This document shows positions 49,901 to 62,467 of a DNA stretch of 64,000 nucleotides, one piece after another. The translations under genes and the position numbers were made by a program. Each line of letters starts with the position of its first letter. Position 1 is the first letter of the stretch. This stretch comes from Balanoglossus misakiensis (Eukaryota > Animalia > Hemichordata): the NCBI GenBank assembly GCA_040954595.2, contig CM082593.2:3613434-3677433 (forward strand). The letters run 5' to 3'. Below the pieces are notes generated by a model, which worked only from the letters and a program-made list of their open reading frames with translations, made no database searches and was not told the origin of the DNA.

Positions 49901-52900
49901 TGTATAACAGTTGTCATGGTGACAGTCTGACTCAGCTGAACTGATGCCATGGCGATTTACTGTGAGAAATCCCAAGAAGCCCTCCATTTTCATTACACTA
50001 ATCTGTGTCTAAGTGTAGAGCTTCCAGAACAGTGCAGTTTAAAACTATATATACCCAGCCTCTAGAGACATGAAGTCTCTTTCACTCAAAACTGTCTCTG
50101 AGTTGATTGGTTGAACAATTTGGTGAATCGTGCCTTGATTGAAATTCATTACAGGAACAAGGAAGTTCTCAATTCACATCAACTCTGTGCTTGGATGAAT
50201 GTTACCGCTAAATTAATTAGCCATCTTTCTTCCCTTGATACTGGTTGCCATGGCTACGTCGACATTCTCATGCAGTGTCATGTGCTGTATTGTCGTGTGC
50301 ATGGTTGTATTGTTTAAGTTATGCAATGCTGGGGCACCTATCAGGTAATTGGTCTGATCAATGCATGCATTGCTGTGAAAGTGTTCTATGTTGTAGGTGC
50401 TATTGTTCTATTATCCTTTGCTTCTGTTTTGTCGTGTGATGTGACGTGATGTGATGTGCAAGGGAGGGGGGATGACATTCGTAATAAAACAGTGTGCTTG
50501 ACATCATTTCATAAAGTGATGGTTGCCCCTTGACAAATTCTAGGCGTGCCAAACGTCAATAGAGGGCAAATCACCTGATCGCCCTGTCTATGCAAAACAC
50601 TGTATGCAACAATGTCAAACATACATGATATTATCTATGACATTTCGCACTGCTACGCTATTCCCAACTCAGTTGACCCTAAGCTGAGCTCACCTTCCTG
50701 TTTTCAAAGAGCGAGTTTATTACCATTTACCAAGAAATAGGGATGATGGGATTATCAACTGCCTCTCCGATAAAGCAAAGCGTAATCCTGACATATTGAG
50801 GCTAATGTCTCATCCCCTTCTAGTACATGACCCTCTCTCTAATGCATAGTTCAGTATGCCTTAAATTGGAACAGACAAACTCAAAATGGCAAACCAGAAA
50901 ATCTAAAACAGGAGGCGGTAGAGGCAATTAATCCATTATGGACAGTATCTATTCATACTGACTTTCCTGACTCTCAACGCAAGGATGGGCTTCTACTAAT
51001 TTTTATTCAGACAGGCACGTCTGCAGGTGAAAGCTGTTTGAACATTTTTGTAGCGTCGTTCAATGATGACACCTGAAAGCTCTTCCTGAGACGTTTATTT
51101 ACATCCTCTGTTGCTAAGAAACAACGGACGCAGATTGCACCCTTTTACTGCAGCCGACCATGCTCAATTTATACACTCAGGTATAACCTATATATCCAAG
51201 ATTCTTAAAAATAAAAACCTGCTATCTTTCACCTTTTAATATTTTATCTCCTCGCAAAACATGTTGAAAATTTCACTCAAATCTCTCACATTGAAACATA
51301 AAAATATTTGAATCCAATCACTCCTTGTTTATCAGTCTATTTCTGTTTACCGCTACTGCAGAGAGGGCAGTGACAAAGTATTGCTGTTGATATCGCCGTG
51401 GTGAAGTACGTGTAGCATGCCGTTGCCACAGCAACCATCGGCAAACTTGTGATGTTCACAACAAAGCTATCTCAGTGGTGTGTCTGGCAAGATTAACAAG
51501 CGAGTGAAGAAGGATATGATAGTGCCTCCCACAACAAACTCAAACCCTCGGGTAAACTCATACCTAAATGTCACCACAGGTACATCAATATTGTCTCCCG
51601 GAAATGAAATGATTCTACAGCAATACACGAAGGTTTTCTCCCTCAAAAGACTACCCTTTGGGTATCATTAAAGAAGCAAGGTAAATGTTTTTGTCACAGG
51701 AAATATGCAATGAACTTATTTCAGCACAAGACCTTGGGAGGAGATCTCTGCAGTAACTTTCAATTAGGGCTTTTAGTGAAATTACATTTTTTGAAGGGAA
51801 TCCGTGAACGCAGAGAGGGGGATTTCAACTCGTAAACCAGGTTTAACCTTTTAGAACTACCAGGATGTTATACTATTGGTATCGGTAAGCTAAAACCAGG
51901 TATTGCTTTAGGCTCTAGAATCAGACATTTACAAACAGAACGAAAATTCTGATCATGAAATCAAAAGTTAAATTTAGCTTAAGCTACATGAGCTAGTCAC
52001 TTAAGAAGTGAAAGCAACAGAAAAGGCTGCGTCGCATTCCCACACTGGTTGTTTTCCTGGAAGCCCCGTTTTCCGTTATTGACGTAATTCCGGAAAATTC
52101 TGAAGTAGCAGCTGCTTGCAAATGTAACTTTATTACGCACATTACATGTACGTGTAAAATAAATTGTGAAATACATCTTGTTAAGTTTACCTGATTTCCA
52201 TTACACAATTATAGTTAGCAGGGCCAGTATTATTTGTGCGTCACACACAGATTGTACGAATAACACAACATTGTAATTCCTTGCAAGTATTTTAGGAATT
52301 TATTGGATGGGCTCCTTGTAAATGAATATTACGTCATTCTGAATTGCACTTTTAATTTTAAACGGCCTTCAACTCACACCCAGCAGTTGTGGAAGTTACT
52401 TTGCATTATTAAAAGTATCATTAATTCCATAAAGTTAACTATCTGGCTTATTTCATTCTTGCATTTCACAAAGGAAATCTAGAAAACCATGTTGCTCTTC
52501 TAGTTTCAAATAAAAGCACAACAGCAATCTCATTTCTGTTCAAACCATCAAATCAAGTAATCCCAACTTCTCCGTTGGCATGTTTACAAGTCAGAAACAT
52601 GAGCCTTAAATCCGTGACTGACCTCAAGGGCAAAACACTGGAAAAGGATGAGCTGTCAGTGAAAACCCAAGCTTTCTTTTATCAGACCCTCTAAACATAT
52701 AGATTTACACTTAATTCGGGTACATTTTAGCTGACATTACACATCTCTCTGGAATATTGTTGTCTATTGATCCAATTAATTGATCAGCATAAAATGTTAC
52801 ATCCCTTTTGATGTTTGCCGACACACACAATATCACAAAGGTGAAAGTATTACCACTTGAACATAAAACTACATGGAATATATCATTTTCATATCATGCC

Positions 52901-54715
52901 AAAGACTTTCAAAATTCTTTTACTTTCGATTTAAAATTTATCAACATTCCTATGTGAGTGCCAAACCACCATAGTTATAATTTTAATGAATTCAGTTTAT
53001 TTTTTTTCACAGTTTCAACAGAGTATCAAAGTTTATTTTTTTACATGTAAATCATTAATGTAATTATTGCTAATCATATTGGACATTCCTTTGTATACAC
53101 TCTGCTGCTGATAAATATTTCATAATTGAGAACATATCAACCACGCAAAGTAATTTAAGCACACTGTGGAAATCAGACCACACCCAGATTTTCTATTCTG
53201 TGAGTCAAAATAAGTCTTGCTTCAGGCAGGTATGTGATAGATATCAATGCTACATCCAAGAAGTCAAAACATGTTTTTTTTTTTTTTTTTTTTGCATAGC
53301 CAGGATAATTCCCAGTGCAGCTGTACCGTCTCAAAAGCTATATGAAGGCAATATGGTTAAACATTGACAACAAAATACTTTTTTATTAAAATTATATTAT
53401 CATATTCTGTGAGACAAGACGTAAATTTTTTCCTGTATTTCTTAGCTGGTAGCCTGGAGGATGTGCCTTAATTTGAACCAAATAAAATTGGGAAATACAA
53501 CTAAAATCTGCCAATAGACAAACAACAGAACAACACCCATTTGACCCAGATACATCTTCATATTAGGAGATGGATACACAAAAGCAAGCAATTGATTCAC
53601 GTTCACTTTCAACTCTTTGGATTGGATTTCTCTCTGCTGGAGATTAATGCCACAACTGTTTCTGCCAATATGGCAACTTGCTTTAATCCCTCCATAATCA
53701 TTTAGAACCAAAATGGGGTCATCCCTTTTGGGGTCAGCTTGGTCCCATGTGCCACTTAACTGTGTCTAGTTTTACACTCATTGTTCTGGTCACAGCTGAG
53801 GGGTCCATTGTCTCTGCACACAAAACACAACAGCCAATGGCTATTGTTTCCCACTGCCACCATATTGCATTGATTTAGATGCTGGGAAGCACTTTTCAAC
53901 ACCAAATGCCATTGAAAAGACAGATTATGAACAATATGATGCATTAATAGCTTATTAAAATCAACCAGCCCCTTATTATGTTATACCAAATGTTGCAAAA
54001 ATCTTACTTCACATGCACACAGATTCAGAAAAAAACTGTGTCAGATGACATCATAATTTATGCGTCAAATTTACATATCGCTTGGACCAAGGTGCAACCT
54101 AGTTTATTTGAAGAGGTTAGAGCCTTTTCGGCATGGAAAGATTTCAGTAAAAATATTTTTATCATAACTTTGTTATAGTCTTTGAATCACTTGGTTATTT
54201 TTTTGAAAAACGAAATGTGCAATAGTCAATTCAAGGGGAAGTTTACTTCTTAGACACTATCCTCACAAACCACAAAAAGTGTTTTATTACCACCCTTCAT
54301 AATATCTGAATGTGTGTCATGATTGCATTGATTGGCTAGAACCTGTGAGTTAGAGAAAAGACAAGTAACCATGGAATCTTGTTTCCATAAGAAAGGGCAA
54401 GACTTCAGCTTAGCATTCCCCAGAACAAGATAGTGTCCAAAGAATGTAGGTTTCACACATATATTATATGGATGTGAAGAGAAGTCGTCTTGTTCTGGAT
54501 AAATATACTAAACTGTAATGATACCCATAATATACCTGTGAAAAGTGTATGATAAAAAAAACGGTGACTTGATTTCTCAACAGGAGGAGAAAGTGATGCG
54601 GAGGAAAGCAGTGAATTGTTGCCATGGAGATGTGTTACTCACCCTGCGACTGCACAAGATGCAGCGACGCCCACAACACAATGAGACATGGTGCTAAAAA
54701 CTGCAGTACAGGCAT
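22651..54715 (-). CDS. PCDH15: Protocadherin-15 / Cad99C orthologue: signal peptide, 11 EC repeats, MAD12, TM and cytoplasmic tail ending -QSTAL; ~1718 aa over 38 coding exons plus an optional exon
   Basis: Exons (5'->3'): 54715-54643, 39318-39253, 38731-38571, 38451-38389, 38288-38187, 37977-37870, 37607-37497, 37317-37165, 36943-36841, 36686-36574, 36459-36247, 34859-34725, 34545-34363, 34242-34037, 33821-33692, 33587-33505, 33276-33192, 32531-32403, 32172-31867, 31736-31518, 31385-31266, 31075-30947, 30791-30664, 30536-30424, 30212-30060, 29927-29797, 29652-29428, 29252-29005, 28861-28658, 27517-27428, 27025-26999, 26611-26585, 26006-25968, 25652-25635, 25445-25409, 25282-25179, 25038-24762, 22995-22651 (5157 nt, open). 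PCDH15-type motifs: IQGTAGSSNPTISL (EC1), IDGDDLGPQFVPC (EC2-3), DVPPTLIEE..VVIERIGPREYG (MAD12), TEAALIALG (TM). Confidence 0.92.
23856..23891. repeat. Short direct duplication (actgatgacatcaca x2, 21-bp period)
   Basis: actgatgacatcacaccaaaaactgatgacatcaca seen directly. Confidence 0.65.
23914..24106 (-). CDS. PCDH15: Probable alternative PCDH15 cytoplasmic exon (short form 24106-24077, long form to 23914)
   Basis: Strong acceptor ttttgtattttcag in phase 0, matching the upstream donor at 24761; candidate donors GTG|GTTAGT (24076) and AAGG|GTATCT (23913). Confidence 0.55.
25521..25606 (+). repeat. 21-bp tandem repeat with AAGATGGCCGAC (YY1-like) core in a PCDH15 intron
   Basis: aagatggccgacataatatct x2, then aagatggccgac, then a degenerate caagatggctgc. 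Confidence 0.8.
27876..27906. repeat. (GAAT)n microsatellite
   Basis: tgaatgaatgaacgaatgaatgaatgaatg. Confidence 0.8.
28658..29252 (-). CDS. PCDH15: PCDH15 MAD12 and transmembrane exons (29252-29005, 28861-28658); missing from the ORF track
   Basis: ISLISNENRVVLVADVPPTLIEENKDKVVELLELILNATVVIERIGPREYGNEF...; TTEAALIALGCILFLLSCIAIIVICYSWKQ. Confidence 0.9.
29277..29369 (-). mobile_element. ~90-bp MITE-like element, copy 2 (inverted relative to 9952-10044)
   Basis: Its reverse complement aligns with copy 1 along the whole length (ccatagaaaacaatgg.tttggactgaaccatgg.ggtgaaag). Confidence 0.75.
32749..32862 (+). repeat. TCAAAATGGCCGCC-containing interspersed repeat (3 internal motif copies); related fragments at ~38089-38160 and ~41927-42004
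   Basis: Recurring ttcaaaatggccg motif followed by ...ctatgg(a/g)aaa in all three places. Confidence 0.6.
32949..33112 (+). repeat. Interspersed repeat fragment, copy 2 (related to 4627-4786)
   Basis: Shared blocks as listed for copy 1. Confidence 0.7.
35669..35875. mobile_element. Tc1/mariner-pogo-type MITE with TA target-site duplication
   Basis: Perfect 15-bp inverted repeat gTAccgtaaaattcc (35668-35682) / ggaattttacggTAc (35862-35876) around ~180 bp of non-coding sequence. Confidence 0.75.
54643..54715 (-). CDS. PCDH15: PCDH15 signal-peptide exon (5' UTR part starts at the acceptor at 54875); followed by a ~15.3-kb intron
   Basis: MPVLQFLAPCLIVLWASLHLVQSQ with G|GTGAGT, phase 1, matching the phase-1 exon at 39318. 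A further upstream non-coding exon donor AAG|GTAAGC lies at 55767. Confidence 0.8.
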
Positions 54716-54999
54716 CCTTTTAATGTAAATGTGGGAGGATCTAATGTTCTCCTCTCTCTGTTTTTCTTCTCCCTTGGAAAATATTCAAAATCTGTTCACT
54801 TCCATTGGGCAAATCACACAAAGACGATCACGGCAGATGACGACCAGACAAGACAATAAAATCTGTGAGCAGATCCTGTGAGAAATGGAAAAAAAAAACT
54901 GTGAAAACGGGGAATAACCCATAACAACAAAGATAAACGCTGCGCCTATTGATTTCTATTATGCGCAAAGGGCATGAAAAATCTAAATCCGTCGTACGC

Positions 55000-57325
55000 G
55001 TAATTTCGTCACTTTCTTTACTTTTAAAACGGACATAACAAAGGACTTAATCCACCGCTCAATTTTGTCCGGGTCGCACACAATACACCACACACACGCC
55101 GGGTATACATACACACAGTGCAGTCTTTTTTATTTCCTATAGGGTCCCTATTTGCACCGAGCGGGACAGCTGTTCCGGAGACTGTGAGAGAAATTGGCGG
55201 CACGTACGTCGCATATAGTCTCTTTTCCCGGGACGCTTCAAGCCGGGATAAATTTTACAGTTATAGTCTGAATTTAAGTGACAGACCGAAGGGTGCAGAC
55301 CCGTCAAATAATATTACCGTTTTCGCATATTTTTTTAGGTTCACAATACATTGGTGGCATGAAATTTCGAATGTTTTGGTACGTGCATCCATGCGTAGCC
55401 AGCGACTTTTAGTCGACGAGCGTCTGACTATCACTATTCATACCAATACAAGAGACTTGCATTGAAACGCGTTGTGTTTTTTTGTACTAAAACACATCAT
55501 TTCACTAATTTTAAAGAAGGTATTCCTGTCAAGGAATAAATTAATGTTGTGTGCCGGATTAACAGAATTTTTGAATATTTACCGACGAGAATAAAACGAG
55601 CGACACAGCAGCTAATGAAATTGCATCCACCAGATAATAAAACAGCGAGTGTACCTACACGGACGCGCGCGTGTGCGCGATGATGAAAGCGCGAGTGAAA
55701 TGTACATCGCTGTATATTTCAAATACGCGTACGCGCGTCCAAAACAAATGATGAACAGCGCGCTTACCTTCAGTCGTGGTTTACTCCAATCCACTAGGAC
55801 AGCATCTAATATGTGTCCGTTCACATTATTCAACGGAGATTCGTTTTCTTTTTTTCGCGCGATGAGAATAAAGCCTGCATCACCAGCGTCTGGCGACTAT
55901 TGAAACGATGGAGTGAAAACCTACCACGCCTGTTTCATGAACCTTTTTGTTATGCAAATGAGTACAAAATGTCACGCACTCAGGTAAAATACAGCACGCG
56001 TCAGCGTTAGGGCGCGCGCGTCTACTTTCCCATTCAGCTGAGTGTGGACATAATTTTGGGTCAGCTGTCTTGTAAATTATCTCGACTGTTTCCTTATAAA
56101 AGAGATAAGTATTTAAATATAGGTGCATTTTTCACCTAAATAGTACTGAGGTTCCGTCACTGAGGATCGATGACAAAATTATAAGTTGATTTGATTTAAA
56201 TAACAAAAATAAAAGGACGCTTTCTACTAGCTTTTATCGTTAAAGATTCTCATAAACCTCCTAATCAATTAAAAGAAAACAAAAAACCTGAATCGGATTG
56301 ATGTCCAAATTTTACTGTCTCGAACAATAACCGTGACGAAACCACTGAAGTGCGTTATCTAACAAGTGACATCGATATTAAAACGAGCTCAGTGGGCGTG
56401 TAACAGACTTTTCAGTTGCGACTTAATCTCATTATAGAGGATATAGAGTACATGCTGTTACGTGTTAAAATAAAAAGCAATACGTGAAATCATCTTTTTG
56501 CTTCCGGTTGTTAGATATTGCTTCTTTAGTACTTTGTTTGCTATCGATGATTGATTTCGCAAAAGGCAAGACCGGATCGACCGCGCCCCGATGAACGAAA
56601 TGATGCAAAATGTGCGACATGCGAGCCGAGTGATTACACAAGAAGCTGACAACAAATTCGACCATGATCGAAGGTTAAGATTCTGGGTAGATTTCCTATT
56701 TTCGTTCACTTGTTTCTTTGGTACGTGAGAACTGCCATTTTCGCTTTCGTTAAACAATGATACGTTTGGCCACGAATACACAATAAATGCATTTGTCATC
56801 ATCAACAACACTGTAAACTGGCTAAAATAGTAAAGTCGATGTAGATTAGGGATATGATTGTCACGGATTAATTTAAAAACAAAGGCATAACTATCTTTCG
56901 ACGGTAATGGCGTACTGTTGAGGCTATTGCTGCGCATGAGCATAGTTCGATGGTTGTCATTAGCAACATGGGCGCTAACGTGACGAAATAAACATCTGTG
57001 ATCGATTCTAGAATGTATGTGGCCAGACTGTGATCGAGACGAGCGAGTCTAACGCAGACTATTCGCGTCAAATTTTGCATTTTTCAAGGTTTTGCGGTCA
57101 ATATGATACGCAAGCTTCGTTTGGGCAAACATCAGCGCTGAATCGACAAAGATCGCCTTGACAGAACGCTGTTTTTTCGCGGTGGTGTTCAGGAAGTAAA
57201 GCTATCTCCGCCCTCCATCTTGAAGCTTTGGAAGACTGAAGTGTGCCGAAGAAGTGTGCCACGTTCAGTGACAGTGTGTTCACAGATAACATTGCACAAA
57301 AAACGTTTGACAGGGAGCACTCAGA
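55000..57325. promoter_or_regulatory. CpG-rich divergent promoter region between PCDH15 (-) and STPG2 (+), including X-box GTTGTCATTAGCAAC at 56953-56967
   Basis: Dense CGCG runs compared with CpG-poor flanks; head-to-head gene starts; RFX-type palindrome ~360 bp upstream of the STPG2 ATG. Confidence 0.55.
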
Positions 57326-60300
57326 ATGTACGATCGAGCACCTCGCACTCTTACCGTAGCCGACGAGAGGACGGCCAGTAATGTCGGACCAGGCAGCTAT
57401 GAAACGCCAATAACAACGAACGCTTTGATCAGGGCAGGTACGTGAGACACTCTCTTGTACCCCCAATACATTTTAACTATTGGAATATATTTTGTGTTGT
57501 GTTGTGCACGACAAGGATAGCTTTGTTGTAAGTAGAAATGGGGTGCGTGATGAAGGAAACACTGATCTCGTTCACAGTACATTGTTTACATAATATACAC
57601 CTGAGCAGAGACCTGTAATGTTATTGTTGGATATTGGAATTTCAGTCAAAGGATCTGGATGATTGTTTAATAGTTTCTAATCATATCTTGAACCATTTCA
57701 CTGGTACGTGTATTTCGTTTTATAATGTTAAAACCCAAGGGTCAGTACAAACTTGTATTCATCACCAGTGTCTGTATTTTTGTTTGTCTTAAAGATGGCT
57801 ATGCTCCATTCTCCTCAATGACACCCAGGGAGTCCTTCCTGACAGTTCAAGATGCGGTCATTGCTGCTCCGGGACCGGGTCAGTACGACCCCGGATTCGC
57901 TCAGGATAATGTCAAAGGGGGTAGGACTATGGGCAACAAAGCCAAACGATTTGGCGACTCGACGACGTACACCCCAGGTCCGGGGTCCTATAATTTGTCC
58001 AAGAAAGACGACTGGGTTCGGAATTCTTCCAAGCCTGCTACTGCGCCTGCATCAATTGGAGGGAAAGAGGCAGGTGGCATGGTACGTTCAATAGTGTAGT
58101 CACTCGCAAAGTGGCAAAAATTTAGCATAATGGAATCTCTAACATCCTGTTAGAGAAGCTAGACATCATGTCGCTTTGATGATTGACTGCATTTCTTCCA
58201 AGTTGAAAGTCATTGCTCAGAAGTCTCCCTAAACTCTTGACTTTAATCTGACAAAGGTTGAATACAGATTTTTCTTGTGTCAGCTTAATTTATACGTCTT
58301 TAGTTTGGGTGATTTCTAAGCTTTGTCTCAGTCGCAGCACGCAGGCAAATATTCTCATCTTTGCATCAATACCATTCGTACTACTTTTACTTGATTAGTT
58401 GGTGACGAACCGCGTGAAATACCAAAGGAAGCCGCAGGCGCCCTCTATTCCCACTCCGGGACAGGCATACGGATATGAGGAAGGCACAGATGGAAGTTTG
58501 AAGAAGCAAGATGCTCCCCCTGTGGACAGGTCGATTGGACCAGCTTTTTATAATGTTTACCAGGTAAGTGATCCATTGTGGATAAAATCTGGGAAAAATT
58601 CAGGACTTGTTTCAGCTGCATTGTAAACCTTATGGTATTAAGAAAGTCTGTCTTACCAGTGAAGTGATATCCCTCTTGCAATTTTGCAGGGTAACACAAA
58701 GACAACCAAGAAATACCACGGCATTCACTTCGGGAACCGGACGTCGAAGAGGATGGATTTTGGCGGGAAGCACGGACCAGGACCCGGAGAATACGAGCCG
58801 TACAGAGACAGTAGCATCCAGGTTGAGAATCTGAACGCAAAGATGGTGGAGAAGGGATTCGACGCCAAACTGCCGCGATACCACGAAATGATCGTCCAAC
58901 AAGAAGAGAAAAGGGTGGGTATACATAGATTGGGTAACCGCGGTTCACCCCTGTTCTATTGCAAGAGCCTAAGAGGTTGTGCCTCACCCATGGAAATAGG
59001 CAGGGATCACACTACCCATTGATAGGATAGTAAAATACATCTATATCCCAACTTTTTCTAACTGAAGTTTTCTGAATGTGTTTTCCGTCTACACAGGCTG
59101 TTCCGGGACCTGGCAAATATGAAATTTCTAGTCAGTTTCATAAAAAAGCTCCAGCTATGAACACAGAAGGCGTCGAAGTGGAACACCCACCCTTTATGTC
59201 ACAGGCCAAGGTGAGATTAGAGATTTGTTTTTATACATGGAAAAATAATGAACGTATTATAAGCTGGGTTAGTAAAGCCAGAATCACTGTCTGTCTCTGG
59301 TCAGTCAATCTCTGTATTCTGTTTCATTCAGAGGTTTGAAGGCAAACTTTCCATAAACCCAGCACCCGGTTCGTACAACGACCCCAGACATTCCATGGAA
59401 GCGCTGAAGAGAATCACAGGACTGAAGAGAAGTCCGTTCGGTCAGACGGCTGTGCGATTTCCCCCAGAGCCACATATCAAGAAAACGCCAGGTAATATTG
59501 GAACAGAAATTTCATCAGAAAATGGAATGTTGCAATCCTGTATAGATTTTTGTAGTCCAGTCTCAGAATCGAGTCAAAGAAGTGGCATCTCAGCATAGCA
59601 GTTAAGTTCTTCACCTCAATGCAACTGTTTCCCATTAAAAGAAACATTTCATTTTTCTTCTATGTACTAGGCCCCGGAAACTACTCCTTCCCGGGAATAG
59701 CACAGGAGAGCGTAAAGAAGGCATACATGGAGAGCACAAGGAGAGGTGCTTTCGGCACGACGTCCGTCCGGATTCAACCAATGACAAAGAAACAGGAGAC
59801 GGCTCAGCCAGGACCAGCTCATTATCAAGTCAAGGAAAAACAACACTACAGCAGATATTCACAGAACGTGTCGGCTAATTTTGCCTCGCAGAGCAACAGG
59901 TTGCATTCGCCACCGCCTGTGATTAAGGTACGGAGATGGAGAAATATTGGTGTGTGTATCAGCACTTTAGAAAGACAGGCTAGGTCATCATGGAGAAACA
60001 AAAGCATCTATGAGATGTTTCATAGAGGGCACTATATCACAGCAATCGGAACCAGCAGTTGACAACATTTTTTTTTTCTCTTTTAGGATATTCCTCCTCC
60101 AGGGTCATACGAGGTGAGTAAATCTTACGACAAAACACAAACCAAAGTACAGCACGCTGGACCGAGGACACAAGAAGGGAAGAAAAAAGCAGGCGCTTTC
60201 TTGTCATCAGCCTCGAGATTTGTGCCGCCCCGAGATGTCATCATTGAGGAAACAGATCCAAGCAATCCAGGTGAGAGAAATCGCATTGCATTGTGGGTCT

Positions 60301-60835
60301 GAGGAGTCAACCCACAAACATACAGTACACTGTATCTTGTCAAAATAACTCTTAATACTTAAAAAGAGGTACATATTAAACGTCAGTGACTGTCATCAGA
60401 TTATTGACTTTGTCAAAATCATCCAAGTTGCTCTAATCATATTTTTCCCCCACTGTAGGTCCTGGTACATATGATCCATCTTTGAAGGAAAGTGTGAAAC
60501 TTGGTCGCATGGTGACAAGAGATGAAAGATTCAAAGCCGGGAAGAATGAAGTCCCTGGTCCTGGTGCTTATGAGGTAAGTTTTGAATGAATGTCCTGGAT
60601 TATAGTATGAGATCACTGTTTGAATGTGATAGTCACTGGTTACAGTGAATTGAGATGTGCTGAAGTTGTGGATGAACTGAACGTCTTTCTCTCGTTCCAG
60701 CTGAGTCCTCTGATGCAAGACACCGTCCTCAAAGGAACCTTCAACGCCACACTGAACAACCCAGTCATGCCGCACGCCGATTTCGACGGCAGGTCCACGT
60801 CGACAGCGAAACACGCATTCCTGCTTGGCGTCTGA
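57326..60835 (+). CDS. STPG2: Sperm-tail PG-rich repeat-containing protein 2 (SHIPPO repeats), 10 exons, 584 aa
   Basis: Exons 57326-57437, 57795-58081, 58399-58563, 58690-58914, 59097-59210, 59332-59491, 59671-59927, 60087-60270, 60459-60574, 60701-60835 (1755 nt, open). N-terminus MYDRAPR...VGPGSY...APFSSMTPRESF; many PGPGxY repeats; C-terminal LKGTFNATLNNP. Confidence 0.92.
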
Positions 60836-62395
60836 TGAAGAACACAATTTACAGGAGCGTTTCCCCGATACTTGTAAATACACCAAACTAGTATTTGATG
60901 ATCGGATTGTCACAAACAGTAAAGAGAATTCACATCAGCCGTAATGAAAATCATGTTTCAGGCTGTGTGGTATTCCGCAAACAGAACCGTCCATGTATTT
61001 ATCAAGTTCTCTAAAATATGCAGAAATCATGCCTATCAAAACAGAAAGTCAAATTTTCGTTTTCTGTTAGTTATCCCGAGGATAAGGAATTGTGGCATAG
61101 TCATTGAAGTGACCTAATAAATACTGGTTGTAGTTTATATAATTTGTATCAATTGTGATATTTTGTTTCTTCAATTTAAAAATATTACATAATGTTACAA
61201 GCTAATTCAAAAATATGTTTTGAAGACCCGCTGTGTGGCAATGCATTTGTATCAAGTAGCTGAAAGTAATTGAGTCTATTTTGGTAGGAAGTGTCTGATT
61301 CGTTCAGCTTCTATCATTCATATATCAGCAAATCAGTGTTTGTTTTCTGTTGTGTTGATATGAAACAGTAATGCACACCTCGACTCACACACAATTTTTC
61401 TACCTGTGTCTATGATTAAACCATCATGTTTTTGATCTCTGCTGAAGAAATAACAATGAATAATGAAGCAAATGCTAATTGTATATAAATGTATTTTTTA
61501 TCCGTTTTACACCATGTAAATATCTTCTTGAAAGTAATAAAAATGATTTTAGCCCGTGTCTATTGAAAAATTTTGTTGTATGAATTATTAAATGTGCACT
61601 TGCCTTTGAGGCTCAAAACTTTCTAGCAGATGTATTCGTTCTGGCTCTAAATTAAAATTTTGTAGTCACAAGCAAATCACACACAAGGTTTCCATTTCAA
61701 AGAACTTTACACGTTTAAAAATCATGGGGAGTCTGCCGATAGTTTAATCAGCCCTATAACCCACTCTACAATATGATACTTTAATAAGATAATTAAATAT
61801 GATTTAATAATCTCCTTGTAAGCTTTCTACAGAACGTGAGAAAGCTCGAATCATCCCCTAGCGAGTTCTGATATAACGCCATTATAGTAAAATTGAACAT
61901 ACAATCGATTACTGGTAAACCGTTTCAAAACGGAAATCGCTATGACGTAAATCAATTAGACGCATTTAAAAGGAAACAGTATAAAATTACATCGCGATAA
62001 AATATTCGGTAAAATATACCGGCAAAACGTTCTGTACAAGTACCCTGTGCTAACACCTTATACAATGATGACAGCAGTAACGCAAGCGAGGAATAGCGAG
62101 CACCGTAAAACATTATCGCCCTTTCAGAAAAAAATAAAAAAAGTTATCGACGTGGCCATTATGCATTGTAAAGCATCTTTCTAAAGCATTTACCCATTTA
62201 GAGGCATTTTAGTGCTTGATTTATTCATCATTGACGCTATTATGTATAAAATCTACTTCACCAGAGTAAAATTTGTTGAGTGGAAAGAATTGAATTTTAT
62301 ACATTATTTAAAATTAATATTAAGCTTACAGCTCCAATAAGAAATTTTATCCGAGAGTAAAATGCTTTTAGGTTTTTTGGTATATCATTCATTCG

Positions 62396-62467
62396 TCCGT
62401 CCGTCCAGCCATCCATCCATCCATCCATCCATCCTTCCGTCCCTCCCTCCGCCCCCCCCCCCCCCTC
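62396..62467. repeat. (CCAT)n/(CCGT)n microsatellite grading into poly-C
   Basis: Seen directly; it explains the spurious HPSIHPS..PPPP ORF. Confidence 0.8.

Noticed and set aside
39319-54642. Short ORFs in the 15-kb PCDH15 intron as a nested gene or transposase
   Set aside because: No recognisable domains, coding bias or consistent exon chain; no RT or transposase motifs seen.
56458-56943. 161-aa minus-strand ORF in the PCDH15/STPG2 promoter region
   Set aside because: No homology cues or splice support; likely a chance ORF.
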